Below, one piece after another: positions 63,638 to 64,000 of a stretch of DNA of 64,000 nucleotides. The stretch lies in NCBI GenBank assembly GCA_000388065.2, contig KB932208.1. One strand, 5' to 3'. Position 1 is the stretch's first letter. Each line of letters opens with the position of its first letter. The notes under the pieces are model-generated. The model was not told the origin of the DNA, ran no database searches, and saw only the letters and a program-made list of their open reading frames with translations. The stretch is from Fonticula alba ATCC 38817 (taxonomy: Eukaryota > Protista > Nucleariida). The translations under genes and the position numbers were made by a program.

Positions 63638-63881
63638 ATGTCCTCGCACGAAGAGATGCACCTGCCCGACTACGAGGAGGAGGAGACCCCCATCATCGCC
63701 ACCACCACCACCACCCTGGCGGCCGACGCGGCCGCCGGCACCGAGGCTCTGGCCACCGGCACCGAGGGCGACAAGAAGGGCACCCACGTGTCCATCCACT
63801 CGGAGTCCTTCAAGGACTTCCTGCTGGACAACCGCCTCTTCCGCGCCATCCAGGAGGCCGGTTTCGAGCACCCGTCCGAGG
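63638..63881 (+). CDS. SUB2: DEAD-box RNA helicase UAP56/Sub2 (DDX39), first coding exon; continues past the window
   Basis: [16 protein letters not shown]...[37 protein letters not shown], then a GTGCGT donor at 63882. This matches UAP56 [37 protein letters not shown]. Confidence 0.93.
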
Positions 63882-64000
63882 GTGCGTGTCCCCATGCCCT
63901 GCTCACTTTCATCCCTCGCCCTCCGGCTCCCCCCCCCCTCTCTCTCTCTCTCTCTCTCCTGCTCGCTCCCGCTGATGGCGTCGCCCTCATTCAGCTCACC

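Overview
This is GC-rich, intron-rich eukaryotic DNA from a gappy draft scaffold with many N-runs flanked by poly-G/C tracts and microsatellites. The gene content (CHO2, CENP-I, ARID2/Rsc9-like) and the style of the sequence suggest an opisthokont protist resembling Fonticula; this is inference only. Most long ORFs in the track are antisense shadows or gap artefacts, so I built gene models by hand from GT-AG junctions (donors mostly GTGCGT/GTACGT) and protein motifs. Recognisable genes, left to right: CHO2-type PE methyltransferase (-), SET-domain lysine methyltransferase (-), tRNA-Glu(TTC) (-), a Cys-rich probably GPI-anchored protein (-), an alpha/beta hydrolase (-), a longin-like hypothetical (-), a single-pass membrane protein (-), a divergent NBS1/nibrin (+), a GET2/CAML protein that appears spliced onto a ~1000-aa acidic repeat (-), a telobox/TRF-type Myb protein (+), an intronless ADP/ATP carrier (-), CENP-I/Mis6 apparently fused to an N-terminal ZnF-UBP (+), an ARID2/Rsc9-like subunit (+), mitochondrial threonine dehydrogenase (-) and the first exon of UAP56/SUB2 (+). 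The most unusual items are the ZnF-UBP-CENP-I fusion and the acidic-repeat-GET2/CAML fusion. All homology calls come from remembered motifs, not database searches.
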